Source: PVC group bacterium
GTDB taxonomy: Bacteria > Omnitrophota > Gorgyraeia > B26-G9
Direction: 5' to 3'
Assembly (NCBI GenBank): GCA_024231215.1
Contig: JAAEQR010000072.1
Span: 513,210 to 577,209, forward strand
Length of the DNA stretch: 64,000 bases
Positions 28,651 to 40,000 of this stretch are shown here, piece by piece. The translations under genes and the position numbers were made by a program. How positions within the stretch are numbered: position 1 is the first letter of the stretch; the number at the start of each line of letters is the position of its first letter. The notes under the pieces were generated by a model. That model was not told the origin of the DNA and ran no database searches. It was given only the letters and a program-made list of their open reading frames with translations.

Positions 28651-31600
28651 ATGAATCTTCCTGAATTTTCAGTAAAAAGACCAGTTACAATTTTGATGTT
28701 TGCCGCGGCTATTGTTCTCTTAGGTGTTATCTCCTGGACGCGATTGCCGCAAGAACTTTTCCCGCCTATAACATATCCCCAAATTACCGTGGTAACTTCT
28801 TATGAAAATGCTGCGCCCGAAGAGATAGAAGCATTGCTAACTCGTCCGATTGAAGAGTCGGTTAGTGCTGCATCGAATATCCGTAATGTAAGTTCTAATT
28901 CTCGGGAAGGGACGAGTATTGTTATCTGCGAATTCAATTGGGGTACGAATATGGATTTCGCGGCATTGAATGTAAGGGAAAAGATAGACTTGATCAAAGA
29001 GAAACTTCCGCGTGATGCCGAAGAACCAATTGTAATGAAGTATAACCCCTTTGATACACCGATCATGATTCTTAGTGTTACGGGAGAGAGTACTTATTTT
29101 ACTCCGCATGAATTAAGAGAAACCGCTCGCCGGGTAATTAAAGACGAAGTAGAGAAAATTGACGGTGTGGCTCAGGTTGTTTTAACCGGAGGACGAGAAC
29201 GGGAGATTGTGGTTGATCTTAATCAGGAGCGTCTACGTGCTTTCCGTGTTTCAATCATGGATATAATCGAACTGCTTAAGCAGGCAAACTTGAATTATCC
29301 AGCCGGAACCATAGAGACATCTTTCTATGAATATCTTGTCAGGACTATCGGAGAATTTAAAACTGTTTCGGAGATGGATGATGTTCCATTACTGGTTAAA
29401 GAACAGACACGTGAAGAAGAATATTCACAAAAACAAAAGCTTACCGAGGAGGAAAAGGAAAGAAAGAAGAGGGTTATCTATCTTCGGCAGTTGGGTGTAG
29501 TTAGAGATACTTTAAAGGAACAAACCAGTATTTCCCGGTATAACGGGAAGGATAATATTTCTTTATCAGTTCAGAGGCAAGCAGGATCTAATACGCTTGC
29601 GGTTAATAAAAAGATTTATGCCAGATTGGATGAGTTGCGCAAAACACTTCCACAGGAATTAACGATAAAAGTTGTTTATGATCAATCGATATTTATTTCT
29701 CAATCTATAAATCAGCTGCGTGATAATGCTTTGCAGGGGGGAGCCCTTGCGTTTTTGATCTTACTTTTATTCTTGCGTAATATTCGTAGTGCAGTTGTCG
29801 TCACAATCGGAATTCCTATTTCGATTTTGTTCACTTTGATTTTAATGTTTTTTAATAAACTATCATTAAATATGATGTCTTTAGGCGGTTTGGCCTTAGG
29901 TGTCGGGATGTTGGTTGATAACGGTATTGTCGTAATAGAAAATATATATAGACACTTACAAAAGCAGAAAGATATAAAGACGGCTTCGGTGGAAGCTTCC
30001 AATGAGGTGTTTAGTGCAATAATTGGTTCTACTTTAACAACAATCGCTGTTTTTCTTCCATTGGTGTTTGTAAGCGGAATCGCGGGACAATTATTTCGTG
30101 AGTTAGCGTTAACGGTTACTTTTTCTTTGGTTGCTTCTGTCCTGATCGCGATTAGTTTAACTCCGATGTTTATGTCTCGTGGTACAAACTCAGATAATAT
30201 GAAGGTAAGTGATGATGAAAAAATTATTGCTGATAAAAAGAAAAAGGTGGGAACTAATAGCCGTTTTAAAGGAGCTGGCTCCTGGGGTATTGTCTTTGGT
30301 ATTTTAGCAGTAACAATCTTGATTGCTACTTTTAGTATAAGATTATTTTTTTCTTTAGATCAGGAATTTCTCCCAAAATTAGATCAACGTCAGTTTATTA
30401 TAAAATTTAATATGCCGGCGGGAACTAATTTAAAAACTACAAATCGTGCTGTGAAGAGGGTAGAAGATGTTATCCTGGGTTTTTCTGCGGTCAAAGATGT
30501 TACTGTGAATCTGGGTTCAAGTAAAGAATCTAAGTTAGCCGGAGCAGTAGAAGTCCTTGGTGCGCATCAGGCAAATATTATTGTTAATATACGGTCTTTG
30601 CCTGTGCACGGGATAGTTGATTTATTTAAAGAATTAACCCCGGAAGAAGAAAGTTATAATATTTCCACGCGTGAACTTGTACAGCAGGTAAAGAAGGCCT
30701 TAGAAGAGATTGGCATGCAGGAGGCGGAACTGGAATATGTTTTACAAGAAAGTGTTTTCAAGTCTGTTTTTGCCGGCAATGCTCCGTTGGTTATTGTACT
30801 TAAAGGATTTGAGCTGGAGAATATATTAATTCCTGCGGCAGAAGAGATAAAAAAGCAGTTAACTGAAATTGAAGGAGTATATGGTATAAAAGACAGTTTA
30901 AGTCCTCCTAGTCCGGAAGTAAAGATAATTGTGCGCAAGGATAGAGCTGCATTATATCAACTTAGTGTTAATCAGGTGGCTTCGGTGGCACAGGCTGGAA
31001 TTAGAGGTTATGTGGCTACAAAGTTTAAAGAAGAAGGTCGTGAAATAGACGTTCGTGTACGCTTAAGAGAAGATGATAGAGGAAACTTTAATAAGATAAG
31101 TAAATTGTTTATTCATTCTCCGGTAGGTGTAGATGTGCTTTTAGAACAGGTGGCTTATTTAGCTAAAGGGTTTGGTCCGACTGAAATTAAACGGGAAGGA
31201 AAACAGCGTGTAATATTTGTTAGTGCTAACTTGTACAAACGGGCTTTAAACGATGTCGTAGATGAAGTCGAAGAAATTATTGTCGGAATAAAGGACCAAC
31301 TGCCTCATAATTATAGTGTGGAAATTGGCGGTGAAAATAAAGAGATGATGGAATCTTTTGACAGCCTGAAACTAGCGTTTATTTTAGCGTTGGTTCTTGT
31401 TTATATGATTATGGCTTCGGAATTTGAATCTTTGATCCAGCCGTTTATTATTATGTTTACCGTGCCGTTATCTTTAATCGGGGTAAGCTGGACTTTGTAT
31501 TTGACAAAAACTCCGTTAAGTGTAGTGGTTGTTCTGGGGCTTATTATGCTGGGAGGGATTGTTGTAAATAATGGAATTCTTTTAATTGATTTTATGAACT

Positions 31601-32247
31601 TAGCGCGTAAGCAGGGAATGGGAATTTTTGACGCCGCGTTTAATGCCAGTATGGCGCGTGCCAGACCGATTTTAATGACTTCGCTTACGACAATTTTTGG
31701 TCTTTTACCATTAGCCTTTGCCTTAGGGGAAGGTGCTGAGTTGCGTGCTCCCATGGCTAGAACTGTAATGGGAGGTCTTTCAACAGCTGCTTTTTTAACG
31801 TTGTTTGTAGTTCCATGTGTATATATTATATTAGAGACGATAAAGGATAATATTCAGTTGATATTATTTCCTACCAAAGAAAAGAAAGAGGAGATTGTTC
31901 TTATGAAACCAAAAACATCGATTATTGAGGAAATCGATGTTTTTTCTCATAAAATAGCAAAAAAGAAAAAAGCTCCCTTACAGCCTTCATCGGAAGAGCA
32001 AATAAAACCGTCTTTGAAAAAAGAAGTTACCGATATCCATAAGGTTTTAAACCAGAGGCAGACGGCAGTACTAGACTATATTCGGAGTCAGGGAAAAATT
32101 ACTCGTTTAGAATATGTGGTAAAGTTTAAAGTGCCGTTGCCGGTTGCTGATAAAGAGCTGGAAGAACTCGTAAACAATAAACTGCTTAGGTCTTCCGGAG
32201 AAGGTTCTAATAAGGTATATGTAATAGCAAAAAACGAGGAAGCTTAA
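28651..32247 (+). CDS. RND (AcrB/SwrC-like) permease with a C-terminal winged-helix domain
   Basis: SVKRPV, TM4 GMLVDNGIVVIENI, TM10 GIVVNNGILL, RARPILMT; about 135 extra C-terminal aa ending in LNQRQ..GKITRLEY..L.ELV. Confidence 0.92.
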   Translation: MNLPEFSVKRPVTILMFAAAIVLLGVISWTRLPQELFPPITYPQITVVTSYENAAPEEIEALLTRPIEESVSAASNIRNVSSNSREGTSIVICEFNWGTNMDFAALNVREKIDLIKEKLPRDAEEPIVMKYNPFDTPIMILSVTGESTYFTPHELRETARRVIKDEVEKIDGVAQVVLTGGREREIVVDLNQERLRAFRVSIMDIIELLKQANLNYPAGTIETSFYEYLVRTIGEFKTVSEMDDVPLLVKEQTREEEYSQKQKLTEEEKERKKRVIYLRQLGVVRDTLKEQTSISRYNGKDNISLSVQRQAGSNTLAVNKKIYARLDELRKTLPQELTIKVVYDQSIFISQSINQLRDNALQGGALAFLILLLFLRNIRSAVVVTIGIPISILFTLILMFFNKLSLNMMSLGGLALGVGMLVDNGIVVIENIYRHLQKQKDIKTASVEASNEVFSAIIGSTLTTIAVFLPLVFVSGIAGQLFRELALTVTFSLVASVLIAISLTPMFMSRGTNSDNMKVSDDEKIIADKKKKVGTNSRFKGAGSWGIVFGILAVTILIATFSIRLFFSLDQEFLPKLDQRQFIIKFNMPAGTNLKTTNRAVKRVEDVILGFSAVKDVTVNLGSSKESKLAGAVEVLGAHQANIIVNIRSLPVHGIVDLFKELTPEEESYNISTRELVQQVKKALEEIGMQEAELEYVLQESVFKSVFAGNAPLVIVLKGFELENILIPAAEEIKKQLTEIEGVYGIKDSLSPPSPEVKIIVRKDRAALYQLSVNQVASVAQAGIRGYVATKFKEEGREIDVRVRLREDDRGNFNKISKLFIHSPVGVDVLLEQVAYLAKGFGPTEIKREGKQRVIFVSANLYKRALNDVVDEVEEIIVGIKDQLPHNYSVEIGGENKEMMESFDSLKLAFILALVLVYMIMASEFESLIQPFIIMFTVPLSLIGVSWTLYLTKTPLSVVVVLGLIMLGGIVVNNGILLIDFMNLARKQGMGIFDAAFNASMARARPILMTSLTTIFGLLPLAFALGEGAELRAPMARTVMGGLSTAAFLTLFVVPCVYIILETIKDNIQLILFPTKEKKEEIVLMKPKTSIIEEIDVFSHKIAKKKKAPLQPSSEEQIKPSLKKEVTDIHKVLNQRQTAVLDYIRSQGKITRLEYVVKFKVPLPVADKELEELVNNKLLRSSGEGSNKVYVIAKNEEA

Positions 32248-32248
32248 A

Positions 32249-35200
32249 ATGAGCCTGCCGCGCTATTCTATTAACAAGCCAATAACCATCCTCATGATAT
32301 TTATAGGTATTTTAATCTTGGGATATGTTGCTTTGCAGCAGCTGCCTGTGGAATTGATGCCGAATACGAGTTTTGGTAATGTTACTATTTTTATTAATGT
32401 GCGTGGAGGGATTCCTCCGGTTGAAATTGAACAGCGGATTACCCGTCCTATAGAAGAATCTGTATCTTCTGTAAGTCATATAAAAAGTATCGAATCTACC
32501 TCGGAAGAGGCAAGTGCTACTGTAGTTATCAAATTTGAACCCGGGACAAATATGGATTTTGCTGCTTTAGAAGTCCGGGAAAAATTTGCCCGAATAAAAA
32601 ATGACCTACCCAAAGAAATAGAAAAACCGGTAATTGCCAAATATGAATATTCCGATGTTCCGGTAATGATTTTAGCTATGACCGGAGGGAAACGATATAC
32701 TCCGGAAATTCTGGGAAAGATAGTTGATGAAAGCTTAAAATCCCGGTTAGAACGTATTAACGGAGTAGCAGATGTAGAGATCGGAGGCAGAAGAGAAAGA
32801 AAAATATTAGTTGAGATTGTCCAAGCGAAACTTGATGCTTATAATCTACCGATATCTAAAGTAGTTAATGTCTTAGGGGCTAACAACCTTAATCTATTAG
32901 CAGGTGATGTAGAAAGACAAAATGATAAATTTCTGGCTAGAATTATCGGAGAGTTTAAAGAAGTAAAAGATATCGAAAACATAGGCATCTCTTCTACAAA
33001 AAGCGGTACTATTATCAGATTAAAGGATTTTGCAGAGGTCCGGGATTCTTATCTGGAGGCAACAAGTTATTCGCGGACCAATCTTGCTCCGACGGTATCG
33101 GTTTATGTGCAAAAAGAAAGTATGGCTAATACTTTGCGTGTAACAGATGGTATCGTTAAAGAAATAAAAAGTTTCGAGAAAGATGAAGATCTGGCTCGCC
33201 GGGGTATACGGCTTGTTCCGGTTTACAATCAGGGGGATTTTATCCGTAAGGCGATCAAGGATGTACAGAGTTCTCTATTGTTCGGGGCTTTTCTTGCGGT
33301 GTTTGTGCTTTGGTTGTTTTTAAGAGATTTGAGTTCTACTGTTACGGTTAGTGTGGCTATACCCACTGCAATTATTTGCACTTTTATTTTGATGTATCTT
33401 CAAAAGCTTACGGTAAATGTAATGACTTTAAGCGGATTAGCTTTGGGCAGCGGGATGCTTGTCGATAATGCTATTGTTGTATTAGATAATATAGCTAAGA
33501 AACGGCAGAGTGGAATTGATAAGAAAGAGGCTGTTATTACGGGTGCCGAAGAAATGTGGTTGGCTATTTTCGCATCTACACTGACGACGATCATTGTATT
33601 TTTGCCGTTTATATTTGTAAATAAAGAAATACGGCTCATGTATCAGGGGCTGGCAATAACCATAGTCTATGCTTTATTGGCCAGTTTATTTGTGGCGGTT
33701 ACTTTAGTGCCTGTTTTATGTTTTAGGTTTTCGCCAAAAAAGCAGAAGCCAGAGGAAGAGTGGAAGCAAGACCAGTATTTATTTCAGGAAGTAGATCGTA
33801 AGTATGAAGAAGAACATGGGAACAAACAGAAGTTTAAAGGTGTATTTCAAAAGATACAAAAGACTTATCGGTATGTTCTAACCAGGGTGCTGAGATTTAG
33901 AATATATTTAGTATTGGCTGTATTTTGTATTTTTGGTATCTCGATTTATGTATTTTCAGAAAAATTAGGTATGGAGTTTTTGGGGAAGACAGAGGAAAAT
34001 GAATTTACGATATTTGTGGAATTGCCGACTGGAGCAAAACTCGAGATTTCAGATCAGGTAGTAAGACAGGTGGAACTTATTTTAAAAGAGGTAAGGGAAA
34101 TAAAAACGGTATCCAGCCGTATAAAACCATGGTCTAACCGGATATTTGTAAAGCTTATTCCTTTATCTCAGCGGGAACGTTCGAATCGTGAGGTTATTAA
34201 TGATTTACGAGATAAGGTGAAGGAGATTCCTAATGCTTTTATTTATTTTGAAGAACCACAAAGTATGGCGGCTAAAGAGCTGTTTATTGAATTGTATGGT
34301 TACGATTATAATACGCTAAGGCAGGTAGCGATTAATATCTCTAAGAGGGTAGGTCAGATCCAGGGATTAGTGGATGTAAAAATAAGAATGAGGGAGAAGA
34401 GACCGGAGTTATTAGCGGAAATAGATAAGGACAAGGCGGTTAAATGGGGTTTAAGTGTTTCCTCGATCTCCGATACAATACATGCTAAGATGCGTGGACT
34501 TGTGGCTACGCGTTATCATTCTGAGGCTAAGGAAGTGGAAACAATTGCGCGCTTGCGTCGGGAAGATCGTAAAACTTTTGATGACGTGCATAAACTCACT
34601 TTAGTTTCAGATGAGGGAGATCTTTTATTTCTTGAACAGATTGCTCAGTTTAAACCGGGCGAGGGACCAACTGAAATATGGCGTAAAAATAAACAGCGTA
34701 TGATAGAAGTAAGCGCAACAATGGCTACAGGGGATCTTGGCGTAAACGTGGAAAAAGTGCGTGAAAGTTTAAAGGATATGAAACTGCCAAAGAACTATTA
34801 TTATCGTTTTGGCGGTGATTATGAGAAGATGATTCGGGGTAAAAAAGAATTAGTGTTTGTGGTCTGGGTTACTTTAGCGTTGATTTATATGGTATTAGCT
34901 TCACTATTTGCTTCTTATATCCAGCCGCTGGTTATCTTATCGTCTGTGCCTTTGGCTTTGATTGGAGTTAGCACGGCATTATTTATTTTTAAAAAGCCGA
35001 AAAGTGTTTCTGTGTTTATTGGCATTATTATGCTTGCCGGTATTGTTGTTAATAATGCGATTATTCTTGTTGATAGAATAAACTATTTTATAAATTTAAA
35101 AAAGACAAATCGGTTTAAAGCAGCAATTTTAGCTGGTACGGATAGATTGCGGCCAATTATGATGACTTCTTTTACCACTTTGTTTGGACTTCTGCCAATG

Positions 35201-35413
35201 GCTCTTGATCGTTCAGAAGGGGCAGGATTATGGGCGCCACTGGCGATTACTGTCTTAGGCGGAATGTCTGTTTCTACGATTTTCACTCTTTTTTTAGTTC
35301 CCAGCATATATCTACTGTTTACGGATGTAACGTCTATGTTTAAACCTAAACCTAAAAAGGTGTATGAATATGATTGGAAAGGGTTTGAAAATGTTTCAGA
35401 TGTTGTTAAGTAG
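32249..35413 (+). CDS. Second RND (AcrB/SwrC-like) permease
   Basis: GMLVDNAIVVLDNI, GIVVNNAIIL, DRLRPIMMT; starts 1 nt after the first permease. Confidence 0.93.
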   Translation: MSLPRYSINKPITILMIFIGILILGYVALQQLPVELMPNTSFGNVTIFINVRGGIPPVEIEQRITRPIEESVSSVSHIKSIESTSEEASATVVIKFEPGTNMDFAALEVREKFARIKNDLPKEIEKPVIAKYEYSDVPVMILAMTGGKRYTPEILGKIVDESLKSRLERINGVADVEIGGRRERKILVEIVQAKLDAYNLPISKVVNVLGANNLNLLAGDVERQNDKFLARIIGEFKEVKDIENIGISSTKSGTIIRLKDFAEVRDSYLEATSYSRTNLAPTVSVYVQKESMANTLRVTDGIVKEIKSFEKDEDLARRGIRLVPVYNQGDFIRKAIKDVQSSLLFGAFLAVFVLWLFLRDLSSTVTVSVAIPTAIICTFILMYLQKLTVNVMTLSGLALGSGMLVDNAIVVLDNIAKKRQSGIDKKEAVITGAEEMWLAIFASTLTTIIVFLPFIFVNKEIRLMYQGLAITIVYALLASLFVAVTLVPVLCFRFSPKKQKPEEEWKQDQYLFQEVDRKYEEEHGNKQKFKGVFQKIQKTYRYVLTRVLRFRIYLVLAVFCIFGISIYVFSEKLGMEFLGKTEENEFTIFVELPTGAKLEISDQVVRQVELILKEVREIKTVSSRIKPWSNRIFVKLIPLSQRERSNREVINDLRDKVKEIPNAFIYFEEPQSMAAKELFIELYGYDYNTLRQVAINISKRVGQIQGLVDVKIRMREKRPELLAEIDKDKAVKWGLSVSSISDTIHAKMRGLVATRYHSEAKEVETIARLRREDRKTFDDVHKLTLVSDEGDLLFLEQIAQFKPGEGPTEIWRKNKQRMIEVSATMATGDLGVNVEKVRESLKDMKLPKNYYYRFGGDYEKMIRGKKELVFVVWVTLALIYMVLASLFASYIQPLVILSSVPLALIGVSTALFIFKKPKSVSVFIGIIMLAGIVVNNAIILVDRINYFINLKKTNRFKAAILAGTDRLRPIMMTSFTTLFGLLPMALDRSEGAGLWAPLAITVLGGMSVSTIFTLFLVPSIYLLFTDVTSMFKPKPKKVYEYDWKGFENVSDVVK

Positions 35414-35449
35414 ATATTGCTATAACAAATTTTTGTTTAGGAGGATAGA

Positions 35450-36070
35450 ATGAGAAATAAGTTTTTTAGGATAGGGATGATTATACTATTGTTATCAGGA
35501 ATAAACAATGTTTGTGCGCAAGAAAAAAAAGGACCACCGCCGCCGCCACCGGAGACTAAAGATATTGCGCCGGAAGAAAAAATTCCTCAGCTTGTAGAGA
35601 TGGTTTCCCGGGATGAAGAAGAGGTGCTTCAGTATATAGAGGCTAATGACCCGGAAGGGTTAAAAGATATTGCACAGCTTAAACAGGAAAATCCTAAGCA
35701 ATATCAGAATCTTATTAAAGAAAGACTGCGTATTATCCGGATGTTGAATAAAGCAAAAGCTATAGATCCTGAGCAATATGAACAGCTTAAGAGGCTCGAA
35801 GCTCTGGAAATTAAGATGCATCGATTGGCCAAGAGTTATAAAGACAGCACAGAATCAGAAAAAAAACAGGAAGTAAAAGTTGAGCTTACTGCATGTTTAA
35901 ATGAAATGTTTGATATAAAACAGCAAAAAGGTACCGCAGAAGTTGTAAAATTAGAACAAAGGCTAAATAAGTTAAAAAGTTATATTCAAAAGCGTTTAGA
36001 TAATAAAGAGAGTATTGTAGGGCGTAAGTTAGAAGAGCTTCTCGGCCAAGCTGAAGGATTAGGTTGGTAA
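35450..36070 (+). CDS. Exported all-helical coiled-coil protein with a hexaproline linker
   Basis: AGGAGG SD, signal peptide ending VCA-Q, PPPPPP, heptad-rich helices. Confidence 0.75.
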   Translation: MRNKFFRIGMIILLLSGINNVCAQEKKGPPPPPPETKDIAPEEKIPQLVEMVSRDEEEVLQYIEANDPEGLKDIAQLKQENPKQYQNLIKERLRIIRMLNKAKAIDPEQYEQLKRLEALEIKMHRLAKSYKDSTESEKKQEVKVELTACLNEMFDIKQQKGTAEVVKLEQRLNKLKSYIQKRLDNKESIVGRKLEELLGQAEGLGW

Positions 36071-36166
36071 GATAAAACAAGGTGCAGTATAAATTGATTT
36101 TGTTTAGTGTAAGTAGTATAATAGACTATAACTTATAGCAATTAAAGTTATCTTAAGGAGACGAAA

Positions 36167-36934
36167 ATGAGGAAAATAGGACTGATCGGATTAATATTAA
36201 CGGTGATCTTGTGTGTTTCGAATGCTTATGCTGCGTCGGTTGACATTCCATATTGTCTTAAAGCGATGACTCCGGATAAATCATCAGATAGTAAGATCTC
36301 TGTGTGTGCAGAATATGATTCTGTTGCAGAACATAGGATGAAATCTAATAATAAGACAGAAGCAAAAGGTACATTTTCTAATTTAAAATGGATTTATTCA
36401 ACTGACTACGCTATTGATTTTTACGCTATGTTTGGATATGCTAACGGTCTTGAATATGGTAATGCCAGTATGAAGTTTGATCTCGAGGATGATTGGGCCT
36501 GGGGTTTGGGTACAAACATGGTTATTTTTATTGATGAATTGGAAGACCTGGGGATGTGGCCGTTTTTCGATTTTAAATATCGTAAAATAGATAATATAGA
36601 TTATAAATCAATTACTGCAGGTGGTATTACTTACGAGAAGGGTGAGTTAAGTCGTATTTCTGCAGCCAAGTGGGCAGAGTGGCAGCTGGCTTTAGGAATG
36701 ATTAAAAATCTTGATCCATGTGTTTTTTATTTTGGTCTTAAATATTGTGATGCGCAGGTATCGGCAAAGGCTACAGCTGGTGGTACTGTACGTGAAATAA
36801 GTAAAACAAAGGGTCAGAATTTGGTCGGTATATTTTTAGGTATAGAAATTCCTACGGAAAAAATAAAGGTAGGGATAGAGACCCGTTTTATAGATGAAAA
36901 AGCAATAAGTGTGAAAGCTACCTATAAATTTTAA
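36167..36934 (+). CDS. Outer-membrane beta-barrel protein resembling chlamydial MOMP
   Basis: Signal peptide AYA-A, alternating beta-strands, C-terminal YKF; EWQLALG and ETRFIDE motifs. Confidence 0.75.
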   Translation: MRKIGLIGLILTVILCVSNAYAASVDIPYCLKAMTPDKSSDSKISVCAEYDSVAEHRMKSNNKTEAKGTFSNLKWIYSTDYAIDFYAMFGYANGLEYGNASMKFDLEDDWAWGLGTNMVIFIDELEDLGMWPFFDFKYRKIDNIDYKSITAGGITYEKGELSRISAAKWAEWQLALGMIKNLDPCVFYFGLKYCDAQVSAKATAGGTVREISKTKGQNLVGIFLGIEIPTEKIKVGIETRFIDEKAISVKATYKF

Positions 36935-37044
36935 TGGTTTGACTGGCTCACCATAGTATGTATAATTTGGATTTTGTTTGTTATAAATATATTTTTTGAA
37001 TAATAGAATTTTAACATCTCACAGATGCATAATAAGCTGTTCTT

Positions 37045-40000
37045 ATGGGAACCAATATATCCTCACAAAAGCTATCTTTCCCGGAAGTTTGTATTGTAGA
37101 AGCTTCCGCCGGTTCCGGCAAGACATATGCCTTGGCTAAGCGTTATTTACAGCTACTTATTAATCCTCGCTTAAAAGAAGAAGAAATCCCATTGCGTAAT
37201 ATTCTTGCGATTACCTTTACCCTTAAAGCTACAAGGGAAATGCGGGAACGTATCTTAGAACAGCTTAAAAAGATCGCCCTTAATGCTTTTGATAATGATG
37301 ATGAAAAAAAAGACCTGCTTTCTGCCGTAGGAATTAATGAAGAAAAAGCTCGCGAAAAAGCATTCCGTGTTCTTGATTATATAATCTGTCATTATAATTT
37401 TTTTCAGGTCAAAAATATTGATAAATTTATCAATCTTATCCTTTCCGGGTGCGCTTCGGAATTAAACCTGTCCGCAAACTTCCGCATCAAGGAAAACTAT
37501 GTCGATTATGTCGCTTATGCTTTGGATGAATGTATTGATCAGGTTTCGCATGATCGGAAAACTGCGGAGGTGTTTGAGCATTTTTTGAATCAGTATTTGT
37601 TTTTAGAAAACCGCACTAGCTGGCTTCCTAAAAAAGATGTACTGAATATTATCAATGGATTATTTTCCCAGAGCAATATCTATGGGGGAAGTTTTGAGAA
37701 ATTCCCGATTGCGAGTAAGGAATTGATAATTTTAAAACAAGAAGTCTTGTCCATATTAAAGGATATCAGTGCGCGGGCTCCGGAAGGAGTGAACAAAATT
37801 TTTCTAAAGACCCTGAATAATTTTTTGAGAAATAACGCGCGTAGTTTTAATGTTTCTGCGTTGGATAAAAAGTCTTTTCAAAAAGACTGCCTGCCAATGA
37901 ACAAAAACCATGATGCTCCGGCTGATCTGGCTTTGCTTTGGGAAGATTTTCGCCGGCACATAATTGAAATAAGTGAAAAAGAAGCCTTATCTTTATTTAA
38001 CTGTTATATTGATATCTTCAACAGTGTCTATGCTTACTTTCGTGAATATGCGCGTAAAGATAATCTTGTTTTTATGGAAGAGTTAAATAAGCAGGCAAGG
38101 GTGCTTTTTGACGGAACAAATATAAGTGTGCCGGAATTATATTACCGTTTAGCTAGCCGTTTTCGGCATTTTCTTATTGATGAATTCCAGGATACCAGTC
38201 GGCTGCAGTGGGGTAATCTATTTCTGATGATCGAAGATGCTCTTTCCACCGGCGGATCATTGTTTTATGTGGGCGATAAAAAACAGGCAATTTACCGGTT
38301 CCGCGGCGGAGATGTGAATTTGTTTGATTATATTAAAACTGAATTTTCTAAGTTTAATGTAAATGATAAGCTTTCTTTGACAACAAATTATCGATCTCAA
38401 AAAGAAGTAATTCTTTTCAATAATGAGATTTTTTCTTCGCAGAATCTAAAACGTTTTTTAGGAACTCAGCAGGACCAGGGGAAAGATACATTAAGACAAT
38501 TTACCGAAAGTGAAATAGAAGAGGTCTTAAGTGTATTCAAAGACTCTCAGCAGCAGGACAAACCCCTTAAACCTCATGGTTATGTAAATATTGATTATAT
38601 CGAATATGAGGATAAAGAAACAAGCGAAGAGCTGGTCCGGGCGCGTTTAGTTGATACGATGATCTGTTTGCAAAAACGCTTTCCTCTTAAGTCTATAGCG
38701 ATTCTTTGCCGCAGTAACCGGGAGATTGAGAGGGTTACCGGCTGGTTATCCGAAAAAAAGATAAACGTAGAATCAGAGCGGACGTTAAATATTATGAATA
38801 ATTCGCTGGTCCGAGAATTGATCGCTTTTTTGAAGTTTTTAAATTCGCCTATTGATAATATTTCTTTCAGTGCGTTTATCTTAGGGGATGTTTTTTTGAG
38901 TGCTGTTGGTTTAAAACGAGAAGAGGTCGCGGATTTCATATTTATATTCAATGCTCAGGAAGATAAGGGCTCGGGATATTTATACCGGGTTTTTAGAAAA
39001 CAATATGCAGATATCTGGGATAGATATATCGCGAAATTTTTTAAAAGCGTAGGGTTTGTGTCTTTATATGAACTGCTGATAAGTCTTTTGGATAAGTTTT
39101 GTGTGTTGAAAAATTATAGTGATTATCAGGGGTTTTTTATGCGGTTTTTAGAGCTTGTGAAAGAACAGGAGGAGGAAAACCCAGATATATCATTGTTTCT
39201 TGATTATTTGGAGACTGCTCCGGATAAACATTTATATGTTAATTTCTCCGATGAGAATGCGGTAAAAGTAATGACCATACACAAAGCTAAGGGGTTAGGT
39301 TTTCCAGTGGTCCTAGTGCCGTTTTTGGATATGAATATTCGAGACCTGGGTGCCCAGATAAAAAAAGTGAAAGCTCCGTATGTGGTTTATGAAAAAGAGA
39401 AGGAAGGTACATATGGCTTATTGCGTCTAGACACGAAATACGCTAAATTTTCCCCGAGGATCAGGGAGAGGTATCGTAAAGAATATGTGAAGTCGTTTAT
39501 TGACGAATTAAATGTTATTTATGTTACCTTTACCCGGGCACAGAATGAATTGTATCTATTTATTCCGTATAATCCTTCTAAAAACACAAATGCCGCGGCG
39601 TTACTTATTCCAGAAGGCATTACTTCCCGGGGTCGGCAGGTTGAATACAGCGCTAGGGAAGTGGCAGATATGCCTAAGGCTATGCCGATCGGGCTGCCGC
39701 AATACACTGATTGGATAGTGAAGTTAAAAGATGAGTTTGTGCAAAAAACGGAATTGCGTAACCGCGAAAGTATTATGCGCGGAGAAATACTGCATGATCT
39801 GCTTTCCCGGGTCGGCGATCTGAATGTGCAAAAAGAAGAGCAGGTTTTGAAGAATTTAAACAAGGTATTGGAACAGGAATATCCTGGGGTTGAAAATGTG
39901 CAGGATTATCTAAAGATCATTGAGAAGCTGATATCAGCTAAAGAAACAAAAAGAATTTTTTATCCGGAAAACATTCGGGTTTATCCGGAAAAAGAGTTTG

